A program made the translations under genes and the position numbers. Below, piece by piece: positions 8,116 through 18,027 of a stretch of 59,723 nucleotides of DNA. The stretch's first letter is position 1, and each line of letters starts with the position of its first letter. Origin of the DNA: Pseudomonadota bacterium (lineage in GTDB: Bacteria > Pseudomonadota > Alphaproteobacteria > Rickettsiales > UBA1997); the NCBI GenBank assembly GCA_040384945.1, contig JAZKII010000013.1:1-59723 (forward strand), read 5' to 3'. The notes beneath the pieces are model-generated. The model did no database searches, had not been told where the DNA came from, and saw only the letters and a list, made by a program, of their open reading frames with translations.

Positions 8116-10560
8116 TTATTTCCCTCCCACTGTTATTGTGTTATTCTGAAATAAAGGATCTCTGGTTAAAGGCATGGCTTTTGGTTCAGAAATTGCGCCA
8201 TTTGGAATTTTGGTTTTAGCCAGATCAAGAAGATATTTGGTATCAAGATCTTTCAATCTCTTTTCTAATATTTCACAAATCTGGGTTTCACCTTTATTCT
8301 TATCTATACCTTGAGCTACCATTTCCTTCCTTATTTCTGCCAGCTTTTCCGGGGTAGTAAGATTTAATTTTATCGCCGACTGAATTATAAATTTATCATT
8401 TAAATCTTTGATCGATTTATCGCATAATTTTTTCTTATCTGCTGCTGATCTTTCTTGACGAAATACGGCTAAATTTTCCGCAAAAGGTTTGGTGCTATCT
8501 TGAACTGCACTAAAGAGTAAAAACCGATCCAAAGCTTCTTTTTTGGCATCACTATTTACATCATATAAAATCTCAAAAAACTTCTCCTTGCCACCATTAC
8601 CCAAAATTTGTGACATTGATTGCGTTGACGGGTTACCAACTTCATCTTTGACCTTGAATTGCAGACCGCCAAATAACGCATCTAATGTCTCAGAATTAGC
8701 ATTGGAAATAAACTCTACTAACTTTGCATCCAGATTAGCTTCTTTAAGCGTAGCCATTCTTCTATCAGAAAATGCGTTGATTCGCTTTTCAAGTCCGGTA
8801 TGATGTCCTTTTTCAAATCCTTTGAACACCTCCTCTAAAGCCTTATGTTGGCTTACTTCATAAGCTGAAATTTTTTGCCATTGCGTCATTTCGGCATCAG
8901 CACGAAATAATGAATATACGCCAAAAATCATTAATGGAGCTATTGGTGAAAATTGCAGAGGAGCTGCTGCACCAAGCGCATTTTGTACCAAATCATTATC
9001 GGTTGCGAAATCAAATATTTCACAAAGATCACTGACTATCGGCATTTTCTCAAAAAATAATTCTATGCCATCATCAATTCTAAAAGCTTCCGCAATTTTA
9101 CCAAAGGGACCAAGAACATCGCTGGTAGCCATAGCGCCCAAACCTTCACCTAAAGTTTTACCGGCATCAAATAAAGGCCCGATTAATTCCATAAAGGGAT
9201 CGATATAGCTAAATACATGGCCGGCAATTGAGAATGCTCCAAGCGGCGTGAGCAATAAAAACACCTGCATACAACGATATTTCCACAATCTGTCATCTTC
9301 ATCAACATGCTTCTGTAAACCTGTGAGCATTGTATCATTCATGTCGTTGAGCTTTTTATTAAAAGCTTCGAATTCGGCTTTAGTCGCAGTATTTTCTACT
9401 TTAATTTCATCAGTAATCAGCTTCTGCATTTTTTGGAAAGTTGCCTGATCCATTACATCATCACTTTCAGACAAAGCACTATTTACCTTATTCAAAACCT
9501 TAAGATAAAAACTGGCATCTTGCGCATTAGGTCCAGCCTTCCACAGCATGTTGGCAATCAGCTCATTTCTTCTGGTCAAAAAATCTTTATATTTCTGGCT
9601 ATCTGATGCTTTAGAGCTACTGAGAACACCGCGTCCTGCCCAGTTTGTTAGTTTGTGAACTGAATCACCAAAACTTTCAGCAAGGTTACTGGCTCTGTGC
9701 CAAGCCTTACTCCTGGTTTTAATCCCCGCTCTTTCTTGCGGCGTTAAATCTTCACGACCTTCTTCAAGAAAAACTTTGAGCCGGTTATCATTAACTTTTA
9801 TATCATCGAGAACACTAATCCGACTATCAAAAACAATATTACGATAGGCTCTTGGCGGCATTGAAGTATGAACCACCGGGTAATCACGATATTTAACCCT
9901 ATCAATCTCAGTCTGACTGCCACCTACAAAACTGTAGGGATTTAGCCCAACCCCTGCTTCACCATCACCATAACCATGATAAGAGCCGACACTAGTTCTG
10001 CCACTGGCGTAATCTCCATTTTCATTAAATAATATAGATGTTTTTAAAGCATGTTGAGGAACTCCTCCCGGCCCGCCTATCTGATTTCCATCTTCATCAA
10101 CAAATGGCATATTGTTGCCCATTTGAGTCATCAAATTACCCAGCTTAACCTGCCCCGGTTTTAACTCAAATCTTCTGATTTCATATTCCTGACGTTTAAC
10201 ATTTGTCCAGCATCTGATATTATCACTTCTTTCATCAAAAATTTTCTTGGCAATTTCAAGTTGTTTTGCAATTGCCTTTGCGTTTGCTTCATTTGATTCC
10301 TTGGCTCCATCACCACCACATTTTTTAACAAAATTATCCCGCAATTTTCCCCTGATGAGATCAAGATGTTCTTTTTGATAAAGCTCCGGAATTTTATATA
10401 ACTGACCATTTCTCTTCTGATTCCTATCTTCATCTGTTACAACAACTGCGTGCTCTTGTTCAAAAAATTGTTTTAGCTTTGCATCAACCAATTCTGCTAC
10501 AGAAGTTGGTTTATTTGCGGCAGCATTTGGTGGTGAAAGTGGTTGTATTGGTTTAGTCAT
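8116..10560 (-). CDS. hypothetical protein (814 aa ORFan with central hydrophobic segments)
   Basis: Long ORF with ATG start. No family recognised and no signal peptide. Central hydrophobic stretches are ...CMQVFLLLTPLGAFSIAGHVFSYI... and ...APLQFSPIAPLMIFGVYSLF..., flanked by Lys/Glu-rich, probably helical regions. Confidence 0.6.
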   Translation of the reverse strand: MTKPIQPLSPPNAAANKPTSVAELVDAKLKQFFEQEHAVVVTDEDRNQKRNGQLYKIPELYQKEHLDLIRGKLRDNFVKKCGGDGAKESNEANAKAIAKQLEIAKKIFDERSDNIRCWTNVKRQEYEIRRFELKPGQVKLGNLMTQMGNNMPFVDEDGNQIGGPGGVPQHALKTSILFNENGDYASGRTSVGSYHGYGDGEAGVGLNPYSFVGGSQTEIDRVKYRDYPVVHTSMPPRAYRNIVFDSRISVLDDIKVNDNRLKVFLEEGREDLTPQERAGIKTRSKAWHRASNLAESFGDSVHKLTNWAGRGVLSSSKASDSQKYKDFLTRRNELIANMLWKAGPNAQDASFYLKVLNKVNSALSESDDVMDQATFQKMQKLITDEIKVENTATKAEFEAFNKKLNDMNDTMLTGLQKHVDEDDRLWKYRCMQVFLLLTPLGAFSIAGHVFSYIDPFMELIGPLFDAGKTLGEGLGAMATSDVLGPFGKIAEAFRIDDGIELFFEKMPIVSDLCEIFDFATDNDLVQNALGAAAPLQFSPIAPLMIFGVYSLFRADAEMTQWQKISAYEVSQHKALEEVFKGFEKGHHTGLEKRINAFSDRRMATLKEANLDAKLVEFISNANSETLDALFGGLQFKVKDEVGNPSTQSMSQILGNGGKEKFFEILYDVNSDAKKEALDRFLLFSAVQDSTKPFAENLAVFRQERSAADKKKLCDKSIKDLNDKFIIQSAIKLNLTTPEKLAEIRKEMVAQGIDKNKGETQICEILEKRLKDLDTKYLLDLAKTKIPNGAISEPKAMPLTRDPLFQNNTITVGGK

Positions 10561-10632
10561 GATTATATTTAATTTGGGTGTAAAAATTTATCACGTCTTT
10601 AAAATAACTTGTAATTTGTCGCACCTGTTTTC

Positions 10633-10660
10633 TTGACATTAGGTAAGCAAAAAATAAATT
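10633..10660 (+). promoter_or_regulatory. candidate sigma70-type promoter for pal
   Basis: TTGACA (10633..10638), a 16-nt spacer, then TAAATT (10655..10660). This lies ~50 nt upstream of the pal ATG, which has GAGG 5 nt upstream. Sequence pattern only. Confidence 0.3.
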
Positions 10661-10712
10661 CCAAACCGATCTTTTTCAAAAAACTAATTTCCAACAATAT
10701 TTCGAGGTTGCA

Positions 10713-11231
10713 ATGCTTAAAAAATTCCTAACTTTATCCGCTGTTCTTTTGCTGGTTTCTTGCCAAAGCAAAACTAAAAGCGACGATTTAAGAACTGAGG
10801 ATAAAGCCGCCACTCAAGTTGACACTAAAGGTTCTTATCAAACTATTGAAGGCGAGCAACAAGCTAATGCTTTAAATCAACAAGTTCCAGTACAAGAAAT
10901 CGAAGTTCAAGACCGCGTACTTTTTGGTTATGATTCAGCTGATTTAACTGACGATGCTAAAAAAATCCTTGATACCCAAGTTTCTTGGTTAAAAAGCGAT
11001 GCCGGAATCAAAATCACAATCGAAGGCCATTGCGACGAACGCGGAACCCGCGAATATAACATCGCACTTGGTGAAAAAAGAGCTAATGCTGCTAAAAAAT
11101 ATTTAACTTCCAACGGTGTTGATGCCGCAAGAATTAAAATTATTTCTTACGGTAAAGAACGTCCAGCTTTCTTTGGAACTAGCGAAGAAGTTTTAGCTAA
11201 AAATAGAAGAGCAGTAACTGTAGTTAACTAA
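10713..11231 (+). CDS. pal: peptidoglycan-associated lipoprotein (OmpA-family)
   Basis: 172 aa. Lipobox LLVSC. OmpA-like domain ...FGYDSADLT...IEGHCDERGTREYNIALGEKRA.... Confidence 0.9.
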   Translation: MLKKFLTLSAVLLLVSCQSKTKSDDLRTEDKAATQVDTKGSYQTIEGEQQANALNQQVPVQEIEVQDRVLFGYDSADLTDDAKKILDTQVSWLKSDAGIKITIEGHCDERGTREYNIALGEKRANAAKKYLTSNGVDAARIKIISYGKERPAFFGTSEEVLAKNRRAVTVVN

Positions 11232-11241
11232 AAGTATAAAA

Positions 11242-11994
11242 ATGGCTGTAACATTACCTTATTCAAATCCAATTGGTTCTAGTTACAGCCATTTAACCCC
11301 CGAAAGACCTCTTCTTACCCGCGAAGAAATCGCCGCAAACAAAAAGCTCGCAAGATATCATCTCACAATAACGCAATCTTTAAATGATGAACAATTTAGA
11401 GCAATGGGCGTTCATACTGGATTCAAACAAGAAGAAAGCGCATTTACCCAAGCATTAGAAGTTGGGGGGAAAGTTTCTGGATTAATTCCAGTTCCAGTTG
11501 CAAGTCAAATAGCAGAACTAGCTTTCATGAGCGCACATTTTGCATCGGGCAAAGTTGAAGATCACATTAATCAGGTTAAGTCTGATAAAATTTTAGCAAT
11601 AAATCCTACTCACGATCCGGTTGAATGGAAAAAATTCACTGAAGAATTAGCAATAAAATTAACCAGTGAAAAACAAGATGAAATTAAAGCCTGCGAAGCT
11701 CCGGCTAAAGGAGATCATTTTGCTCAACGTATTAAAAACATCCTTTATCCTAACCGAACTCCGAAAGATTCCTCATTAGCCGTAAAATCTTTAGCTGTTA
11801 GAGATTGCTCAAAAATGATTCAAACAATTTTAAATAAAGAATTGGATGAAAATGCTCCAGGAATTGAAAATGAAAATAGCAGAAAATCATTAGTTTCAGA
11901 GCTAGTATCCTCAACGAAAGCGCCTTCCAAACATATTGAACCAGAAGGAGCAAAAACTGTTTTTGCCTTCAATCATTTAGTTACTTCGCATTAA
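11242..11994 (+). CDS. hypothetical protein (250 aa)
   Basis: ORF starting 10 nt after the pal stop. No signal peptide or recognisable domain, and not CpoB/YbgF-like. Its 3' end overlaps the convergent 1098-aa gene by 14 nt. Confidence 0.5.
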   Translation: MAVTLPYSNPIGSSYSHLTPERPLLTREEIAANKKLARYHLTITQSLNDEQFRAMGVHTGFKQEESAFTQALEVGGKVSGLIPVPVASQIAELAFMSAHFASGKVEDHINQVKSDKILAINPTHDPVEWKKFTEELAIKLTSEKQDEIKACEAPAKGDHFAQRIKNILYPNRTPKDSSLAVKSLAVRDCSKMIQTILNKELDENAPGIENENSRKSLVSELVSSTKAPSKHIEPEGAKTVFAFNHLVTSH

Positions 11995-14900
11995 CCCACA
12001 TTTTCGCAATTTTCTCGCCTAAAGAATTTTGCTCACAGCGATTATGTAAATGCCCAAAATCCAATTTATCCATATTCTGGTCTTGATTGGCACAAGCATA
12101 AAAATATTCCTTCTCACCTTTTTCATTCACTCTTTTTTGCAAACATTGCGAACAAACACCTTTCAACATACATTGCATTGGTGCGTTCAAACTAGTGATG
12201 GCAATAGGTGCTTCACTAATTGAAGGCACTAAATTTTGATGACGCAACTTGGCAATTTCATGCATCATTTGATCATTTCCAATCGTAAAAATACGATCGA
12301 TTTTTTTAGGATTTTTCAAAAAGTAATCTGCTAAAACTTCAATAACCGAGCCATTTTCTTCATCAATTGCTATCTGCAAAACATCACAGGATTTTTGCAT
12401 TTTTTCCAAACGCACAATCTCCGATTTTTTGCGATAACCGGCAAAGAAAATCACTTCGCAACCATTTGTTTTACAAGCTTGCGCAATCGCAGTTAAAGGC
12501 TGATTTCCGCGGCCACCACCAACTAAAACTACAGTTTCATTTTTTGGAATTTCTGTTGGCGATCCGCTTGGACCCATAAAAACACAAGGCTCGCCCACTT
12601 TAAAATTTTTAATCAAATTAGTTGAAGCTCCAACTTCAACTACAACACCGCTAATAATTCCATTTTCACGATCAATCGAAAGTGCAGTTAATGGAACACC
12701 TTCCATAACTTGTAATTGATCGCCAATTTTCTGCGCCAAAGCGTGATAATTTTGTAACCTAAAAATATGCCCGATTTCAGTTTGTTTTGCCAACAGCGGA
12801 GCGCGCACCGACACTTCTAACACATAGTCAGAAAGCCTTTCGATTTTTTCGATTTTTACTAAAAATTCAGAATTTATTTTATCTAAAAAACCCTCTGCAA
12901 AATTCGCCGGTTTTTGTGCCAGAATTTTCGTAATTTGATCATGTCCTAATTTTGCACTCGCCATCGCCTTCACAACATTTCCTTCAAAATTCGGATGCAA
13001 ATCACCAAAAAAACTCACAGCTTTTCCTGAATTTTTATCAATTTTCGTAATCACGCTAAACTGCTGCGGACGCGCGCTGTGTGTGGCATCAAAATGTCTT
13101 TCCTTTTCATCAATTTCGGAAAAATATTTTCCATCCAATTTAAAATCCAAACCATCTTCCAAAGCCGGCGAAATATTTGGCGTAGTTCCTGCCGCAATCA
13201 AAAGCGCTTTGCATTTGAAATTTTTATCATCGGCGCATTTCAGGTTTTTAATATGACCAAATTCATCAATCTCAACTTCCAGCGGCGTAATATTTTCGAC
13301 AAATTCTACACCTTCTTCAAAAGCTTTATTCAACTCTTGATGATTCAGCCTGTAAGCTGGAGAATCTTGCAATTTTTTGCGGTAAATAATTTTTGCGCCA
13401 CCCCATTTTTTCAGCAATTCAAAAGCATTATTATTTTTTAATTCTTCAGCATGTTGCAAAAATTCTGCTGCAATAATTTTTTCTTCTTCATTTAAAATTG
13501 CCCAAATTTTTTCTTTGCCGATTGCCGCAACTTTCTTGGCAAATTTTTTAATCTGCACTAAATAATAAGCCTGCGCTTCACAAGCTGTATCGACAGCCGT
13601 AAGCCCCGCGCCAATTACCAAAATCGGCATACGAACTTGCAGATTGGTAAATAATTCTTCTTTGAAAGCGCCGGTTAATTGCAGCGACATCAAAAAATCT
13701 GAAGCTGAACGCACGCCTTTGGCAAAGTTATTTTTTAAATTAATGATGTTGGGCCGACCTGCGCCAATACAAAGTGCAACATGATCAAAACCGTAATTCT
13801 CAAAAGCAGTTTTATCAGTAATTGACGAACCAAAACGAATGCCGCCAAACATGCGGAAATTTTTTCGGCGCTCTAAAAGCAAGCGAATAACTTTTAAGAA
13901 ATTTTTGTCAAAACGCACCGTAATTCCATATTCCGCAACGCCGCCAAAGCCATGAATCAAGCGGCTTGAAAGCGGTTCATAAATTTCATCTAAATATTTG
14001 ATCGGCTTAAATTTTTGACGATTTCCAAATTCATCGATTCCAGAAATTTGTGAATTTAATGGCTCAATTTTTAAACCATCAATTGCTACAATTTCATGAC
14101 CGTCATTTAGCAAATGATGCGCTAAAGTATAGCCTGCAGGCCCGAGTCCAGCGATCAAGATTTTTTTACCTGTCTTTTTTTGCGGCAAATTTTTAGCAAT
14201 ATTTAACGGATTCCAGCGCGTTAAAAGTGAATAAATTTCAAAGCCAAACGGCAGAGCTAAAACATCTTTTAAAGTACGCGTTTCAATTTGCGGAATATCA
14301 ACAGGATCTTGTTTTTGGTAAATGCACGATTTCATGCAATCATTGCAAATACGGTGTCCGGTGCCAGCAATCATTGGATTATCAACCACAGCAACCGCAA
14401 AAGCAGCGAGTGAAAAACCTTCAGATTTTAACAAATTCATTTCCGAGATTTTTTCATCTAGCGGACAACCATGAAGTTCAACACCGAGAGGATCAATTTT
14501 TAAATTATTACCGGAATTTGCCGGCGTATGTACAGTGTGTGGTGGTGCTTTAATTCCGGTTTTACAGGAATCTTTTTCCTGCTTGTGGCAGAAAATGCAA
14601 TAATTGGCCTCAGCCAACACACGATTGAGTCCAAAGCCATCATCAGTTAAATTAAAACCATCTCTTTTTGATTTTTCATGAGTTGGATTTAACAGGTTTT
14701 GGTGATCGATTTTTTTCGGCAAAATAAAAAGCGCACCATTTTTGTGAAGACGGCGACCTTGCTCTGAATAAAGCGCCCAAACTGAATAAAGCGTTAATTC
14801 TTCTAAATTTTTTTCTTGAGAAATTTCTTCGGCGAGTTGTTTTTCCAGATCATCAACATCATCAAAAGGAATATTTAATTTCTTGAGAATGCTTATCCCA

Positions 14901-15277
14901 TCAATATCCGGCGCAATTGTGGTAATTTTTTTTGCCACTTCCCGCTGCACAAATTCGCGGCGAATTTGATAGATTTTCTTTAAATCTTCGTGACGTTTTT
15001 TTAAGTCGGAATTTTCTTTTTCAATGTTGAAAAGCTCCGCAATAAAATCTTCTAGAATTCGCGCGACATCAATTAAAACCTGTGATTTCTGTGGATTGGT
15101 CATAAATTCCAGACCACTTTCCACTTTTTTTAATGTCAAAAAACGCGCCGCAATTTCCGGGTTTTTTTCGTTTAAATATTCTTCAAATTTTTTGTTTAAT
15201 TTTTCCAGCCCTTCACGCTCGTAAAGATCTTTAAAAGTAACGCCGAATGTGGGTTTAAGAAAATTTTCTGAGGGCAT
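11981..15277 (-). CDS. large fusion oxidoreductase: GltD-like (Fe-S + two FAD/NAD(P) Rossmann folds) fused to a PyrK/ferredoxin-reductase-like C-terminal module
   Basis: 1098 aa. Cys clusters CIFCHKQEKDSC...CPLDE...CNDCMKSC. Rossmann folds KILIAGLGPAGYTLAHHL and ILVIGAGLTAVDTA. C-terminal FRLQNYH, VLVGGGRGNQPL and CX..CSQC..C-type cluster. Matches my recollection of the Rickettsia protein annotated as bifunctional glutamate synthase subunit beta/2-polyprenylphenol hydroxylase. Confidence 0.7.
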   Translation of the reverse strand: MPSENFLKPTFGVTFKDLYEREGLEKLNKKFEEYLNEKNPEIAARFLTLKKVESGLEFMTNPQKSQVLIDVARILEDFIAELFNIEKENSDLKKRHEDLKKIYQIRREFVQREVAKKITTIAPDIDGISILKKLNIPFDDVDDLEKQLAEEISQEKNLEELTLYSVWALYSEQGRRLHKNGALFILPKKIDHQNLLNPTHEKSKRDGFNLTDDGFGLNRVLAEANYCIFCHKQEKDSCKTGIKAPPHTVHTPANSGNNLKIDPLGVELHGCPLDEKISEMNLLKSEGFSLAAFAVAVVDNPMIAGTGHRICNDCMKSCIYQKQDPVDIPQIETRTLKDVLALPFGFEIYSLLTRWNPLNIAKNLPQKKTGKKILIAGLGPAGYTLAHHLLNDGHEIVAIDGLKIEPLNSQISGIDEFGNRQKFKPIKYLDEIYEPLSSRLIHGFGGVAEYGITVRFDKNFLKVIRLLLERRKNFRMFGGIRFGSSITDKTAFENYGFDHVALCIGAGRPNIINLKNNFAKGVRSASDFLMSLQLTGAFKEELFTNLQVRMPILVIGAGLTAVDTACEAQAYYLVQIKKFAKKVAAIGKEKIWAILNEEEKIIAAEFLQHAEELKNNNAFELLKKWGGAKIIYRKKLQDSPAYRLNHQELNKAFEEGVEFVENITPLEVEIDEFGHIKNLKCADDKNFKCKALLIAAGTTPNISPALEDGLDFKLDGKYFSEIDEKERHFDATHSARPQQFSVITKIDKNSGKAVSFFGDLHPNFEGNVVKAMASAKLGHDQITKILAQKPANFAEGFLDKINSEFLVKIEKIERLSDYVLEVSVRAPLLAKQTEIGHIFRLQNYHALAQKIGDQLQVMEGVPLTALSIDRENGIISGVVVEVGASTNLIKNFKVGEPCVFMGPSGSPTEIPKNETVVLVGGGRGNQPLTAIAQACKTNGCEVIFFAGYRKKSEIVRLEKMQKSCDVLQIAIDEENGSVIEVLADYFLKNPKKIDRIFTIGNDQMMHEIAKLRHQNLVPSISEAPIAITSLNAPMQCMLKGVCSQCLQKRVNEKGEKEYFYACANQDQNMDKLDFGHLHNRCEQNSLGEKIAKMWVNAK

Positions 15278-16730
15278 TTTTTACGATTGATTCTTCATCA
15301 AATTCAAATTTTGTAGCACCGATTATCTGATATTTTTCATGTCCTTTTCCGGCCAAAATCAGAATGTCATTGGGCTGCAACATTGCCAGCGCTTTTTCAA
15401 TTGCGGTTTTACGATTATCAATTTCAACAGTTTTTGCCATGTCGCAATAAGTTAAAATTTCGGCGCGAATATTTTCGGCTTTTTCACTGCGCGGATTATC
15501 ATCGGTGACAATTACAAAATCCGCCATTTCACTAGCAATTCCGCCCATTATCGGCCTTTTTTTAGCATCACGATCTCCTCCGCAACCAAACAAAACCAAC
15601 ACCCGCGCTTTGCTGATTTCGCGCGCCAATTTTAAAACATTAATTAAAGCATCCGGCGAATGAGCAAAATCGATAAAAACTTGGGCTTTGTTTGGTAAGA
15701 TTGCGACACGTTGCATTCTTCCCGGCGCGGGCTGCAATTGATCAAAATTTTGGAAAAGATTTTGTAATTCTGCTTCTGTTAAATTGTACTTTGTAAGTAC
15801 ATTTCCTAAAGCACAAAGCGCGTTAAAAGCCTGAAAATCTCCATTTACTGACAATTCAAATTGATAGTTTTTTTGCTGAAATTCAAAAAAAACTTTTTGA
15901 CCATTTTCAATATGTTCAATTTTTTGCAGCCTTAAATCGCGTGCTTTAAAGCCATATTCGATGATATTATATTTTTTTTCAGTACAGATTTTTTTGATTT
16001 CCGCGAACTCTTCTAAATCACTATTTAAAACCGCCGATCCGTTTTTTTGTAGCACATCAGAAAATAAAATCATTTTACAGCGGAAATATTCTGCCATCGA
16101 TTTGTGATAATCTAAATGATCTTGCGTGAAATTTGTAAAAGCACCGACATCAATTTTTAAACCTGCGATGCGCCCTTGTTCCAAGCCGATCGAGCTCACT
16201 TCAATTGCCACATCGTTAACTGCGAATTTTTTCAAATTGTACAGGTTTTTGTACAATGAAACTATATCGGGAGTTGTGAGTGAAGAATTTTGCAAATGAT
16301 CTTTTATTTCATCATCGCACATTACACCGAGAGTTCCAACTGATGCCGATTTTTTGCCTAAAAATTGTAAAATCTGGCGCGTAAATTCTGCGGTGGATGT
16401 TTTGCCGTTAGTGCCGGTAATGGCGTAAATATTGGCTGGAAGCGGTGCGTAAAAAATTTGTAAAAATTCAACAAGGAGCTGAAATGGATTTGAAGATTTT
16501 ATGGAATTTTCATCATTTTCTGAAATCGCAATTGCGGCACCACTGGCTAAAGCGCTGGCGATAAATTTCGAACCATCATTTATTTTCCCCGGAAGTGCGA
16601 AAAAAACTGAATTTTTTTTCACTAAACGTGAATCAATCGCAATATCTTCAATCTCGATTGAGTCAATTAACACGCCATTTGGCACGCTAAAATCAGTTTT
16701 AACCTGAGATAGAATTTGTGAAAGTTTCAC
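15255..16730 (-). CDS. murE: UDP-N-acetylmuramoyl-L-alanyl-D-glutamate--2,6-diaminopimelate ligase
   Basis: 491 aa. Mur ligase P-loop GTNGKTS, IDSRLV and TDDNPRSE motifs. GTG start overlaps the pyrF stop (GTGA). Confidence 0.9.
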   Translation of the reverse strand: MKLSQILSQVKTDFSVPNGVLIDSIEIEDIAIDSRLVKKNSVFFALPGKINDGSKFIASALASGAAIAISENDENSIKSSNPFQLLVEFLQIFYAPLPANIYAITGTNGKTSTAEFTRQILQFLGKKSASVGTLGVMCDDEIKDHLQNSSLTTPDIVSLYKNLYNLKKFAVNDVAIEVSSIGLEQGRIAGLKIDVGAFTNFTQDHLDYHKSMAEYFRCKMILFSDVLQKNGSAVLNSDLEEFAEIKKICTEKKYNIIEYGFKARDLRLQKIEHIENGQKVFFEFQQKNYQFELSVNGDFQAFNALCALGNVLTKYNLTEAELQNLFQNFDQLQPAPGRMQRVAILPNKAQVFIDFAHSPDALINVLKLAREISKARVLVLFGCGGDRDAKKRPIMGGIASEMADFVIVTDDNPRSEKAENIRAEILTYCDMAKTVEIDNRKTAIEKALAMLQPNDILILAGKGHEKYQIIGATKFEFDEESIVKNALRKFS

Positions 16731-17419
16731 GAAAAATTGGCAATCAATTGATTAAATTTATGCGCCGCATTTTTGGGATTGGCGTCGCGCGTGATTGGCC
16801 TTCCAACCACTAAATGCGAACTGCCATTTGTAAGCGCGGTTTTTACATCGGCAACACGTTTTTGATCATCATTGGCGATTGCTTCAAGCCTGATTCCCGG
16901 GCTTACGATTAAAAAATCAGAGCCGAATTTCTGGCGCAAAAGCGGCGCTTCTAAAGCAGAAGCAACAATGCCGTTTAAGCCGGCATTTAAAGCCATTTGG
17001 GTTTTTTTAAGAACTAAATTTTCCAGCGAAATATTGGGGTCAAAACCCATTTCATTTAAATCTTTGGCATCGAGATTAGTTAAAACCGTAACGCCGATAA
17101 TCTGCATTTTACCCTTATTTTCCGCGGCTTGCTGCATGATTTGGTGGCTGGCAGTATGAATTGTGAGTAAATCAATTTCATATTGCGCCAGATTTTTTAC
17201 GGCGCGGGCAACAGTTTCGGAAATATCGTAAAGTTTGAGATCGGCGAAAACTTTTTTGCCTTTATTTTTGAGCCATTTTACCAATTCAAAATATTGGCCG
17301 CCCATCATTAATTCGAGGCCGATTTTATAGAAAATTACTTCGTCACCCAGCTCTTCAACCAGTTTTTTAGCGGCGGAAATATCAGGAACATCGAGGGCAA
17401 CAATTAATTTTTCTGACAT
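16727..17419 (-). CDS. pyrF: orotidine 5'-phosphate decarboxylase
   Basis: 230 aa. LIVALDV, FADLKLYDI and VVGRPIT motifs. Confidence 0.9.
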   Translation of the reverse strand: MSEKLIVALDVPDISAAKKLVEELGDEVIFYKIGLELMMGGQYFELVKWLKNKGKKVFADLKLYDISETVARAVKNLAQYEIDLLTIHTASHQIMQQAAENKGKMQIIGVTVLTNLDAKDLNEMGFDPNISLENLVLKKTQMALNAGLNGIVASALEAPLLRQKFGSDFLIVSPGIRLEAIANDDQKRVADVKTALTNGSSHLVVGRPITRDANPKNAAHKFNQLIANFS

Positions 17420-17427
17420 GTCTTATG

Positions 17428-18027
17428 TTACAATTTTTTTTCTTCGCCGGTGATCAAGCGAATAATATTTTCTTTATGTCTGACCAAAATCAAAATCGAT
17501 AAAAACCAGCAAAAGCCTATTTGCGAACCAGGAGCGCCGAAAGATGTTGAAATAATAATTGAAGAAAAAATGGCGATTATTGACGAAATTGAAGAAATGC
17601 GAAACAAGCAAAATGATAAAATCCAGAAACAAACTACTAAAAATCCGACTGAGGCATCAAGTGCAAATAAAACCGCAATCGCGGTTGCAACACCTTTGCC
17701 GCCTTTGAAATTTAGATAGACCGGATAAACGTGACCAAGCACCGCCACTGCTGCGACTAATACTAAAAATAAATGTAAATTTTCCAGATCATAAAAAGCA
17801 AAGCGCGCGATAATCACCATAATTGCGCCTTTTAACCCGTCTAAAACCAAAGTTGCAAAACCGAGTTTTTTTCCGATAACGCGGGCAACGTTTGTAGCAC
17901 CAATATTTTTGGAGCCAAATTCACGAATATCTTTTCCGGCATAAATTTTGGCCAAAACTAAACCGAAAGGAATTGCGGCTATTGCATAGGTCAGACCTAA
18001 AAACAAAAGCTGATAGATAATATTCAT
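17428..18027 (-). CDS. plsY: glycerol-3-phosphate acyltransferase PlsY
   Basis: 199 aa polytopic membrane protein with GSKNIGATNV motif. Confidence 0.9.
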   Translation of the reverse strand: MNIIYQLLFLGLTYAIAAIPFGLVLAKIYAGKDIREFGSKNIGATNVARVIGKKLGFATLVLDGLKGAIMVIIARFAFYDLENLHLFLVLVAAVAVLGHVYPVYLNFKGGKGVATAIAVLFALDASVGFLVVCFWILSFCLFRISSISSIIAIFSSIIISTSFGAPGSQIGFCWFLSILILVRHKENIIRLITGEEKKL

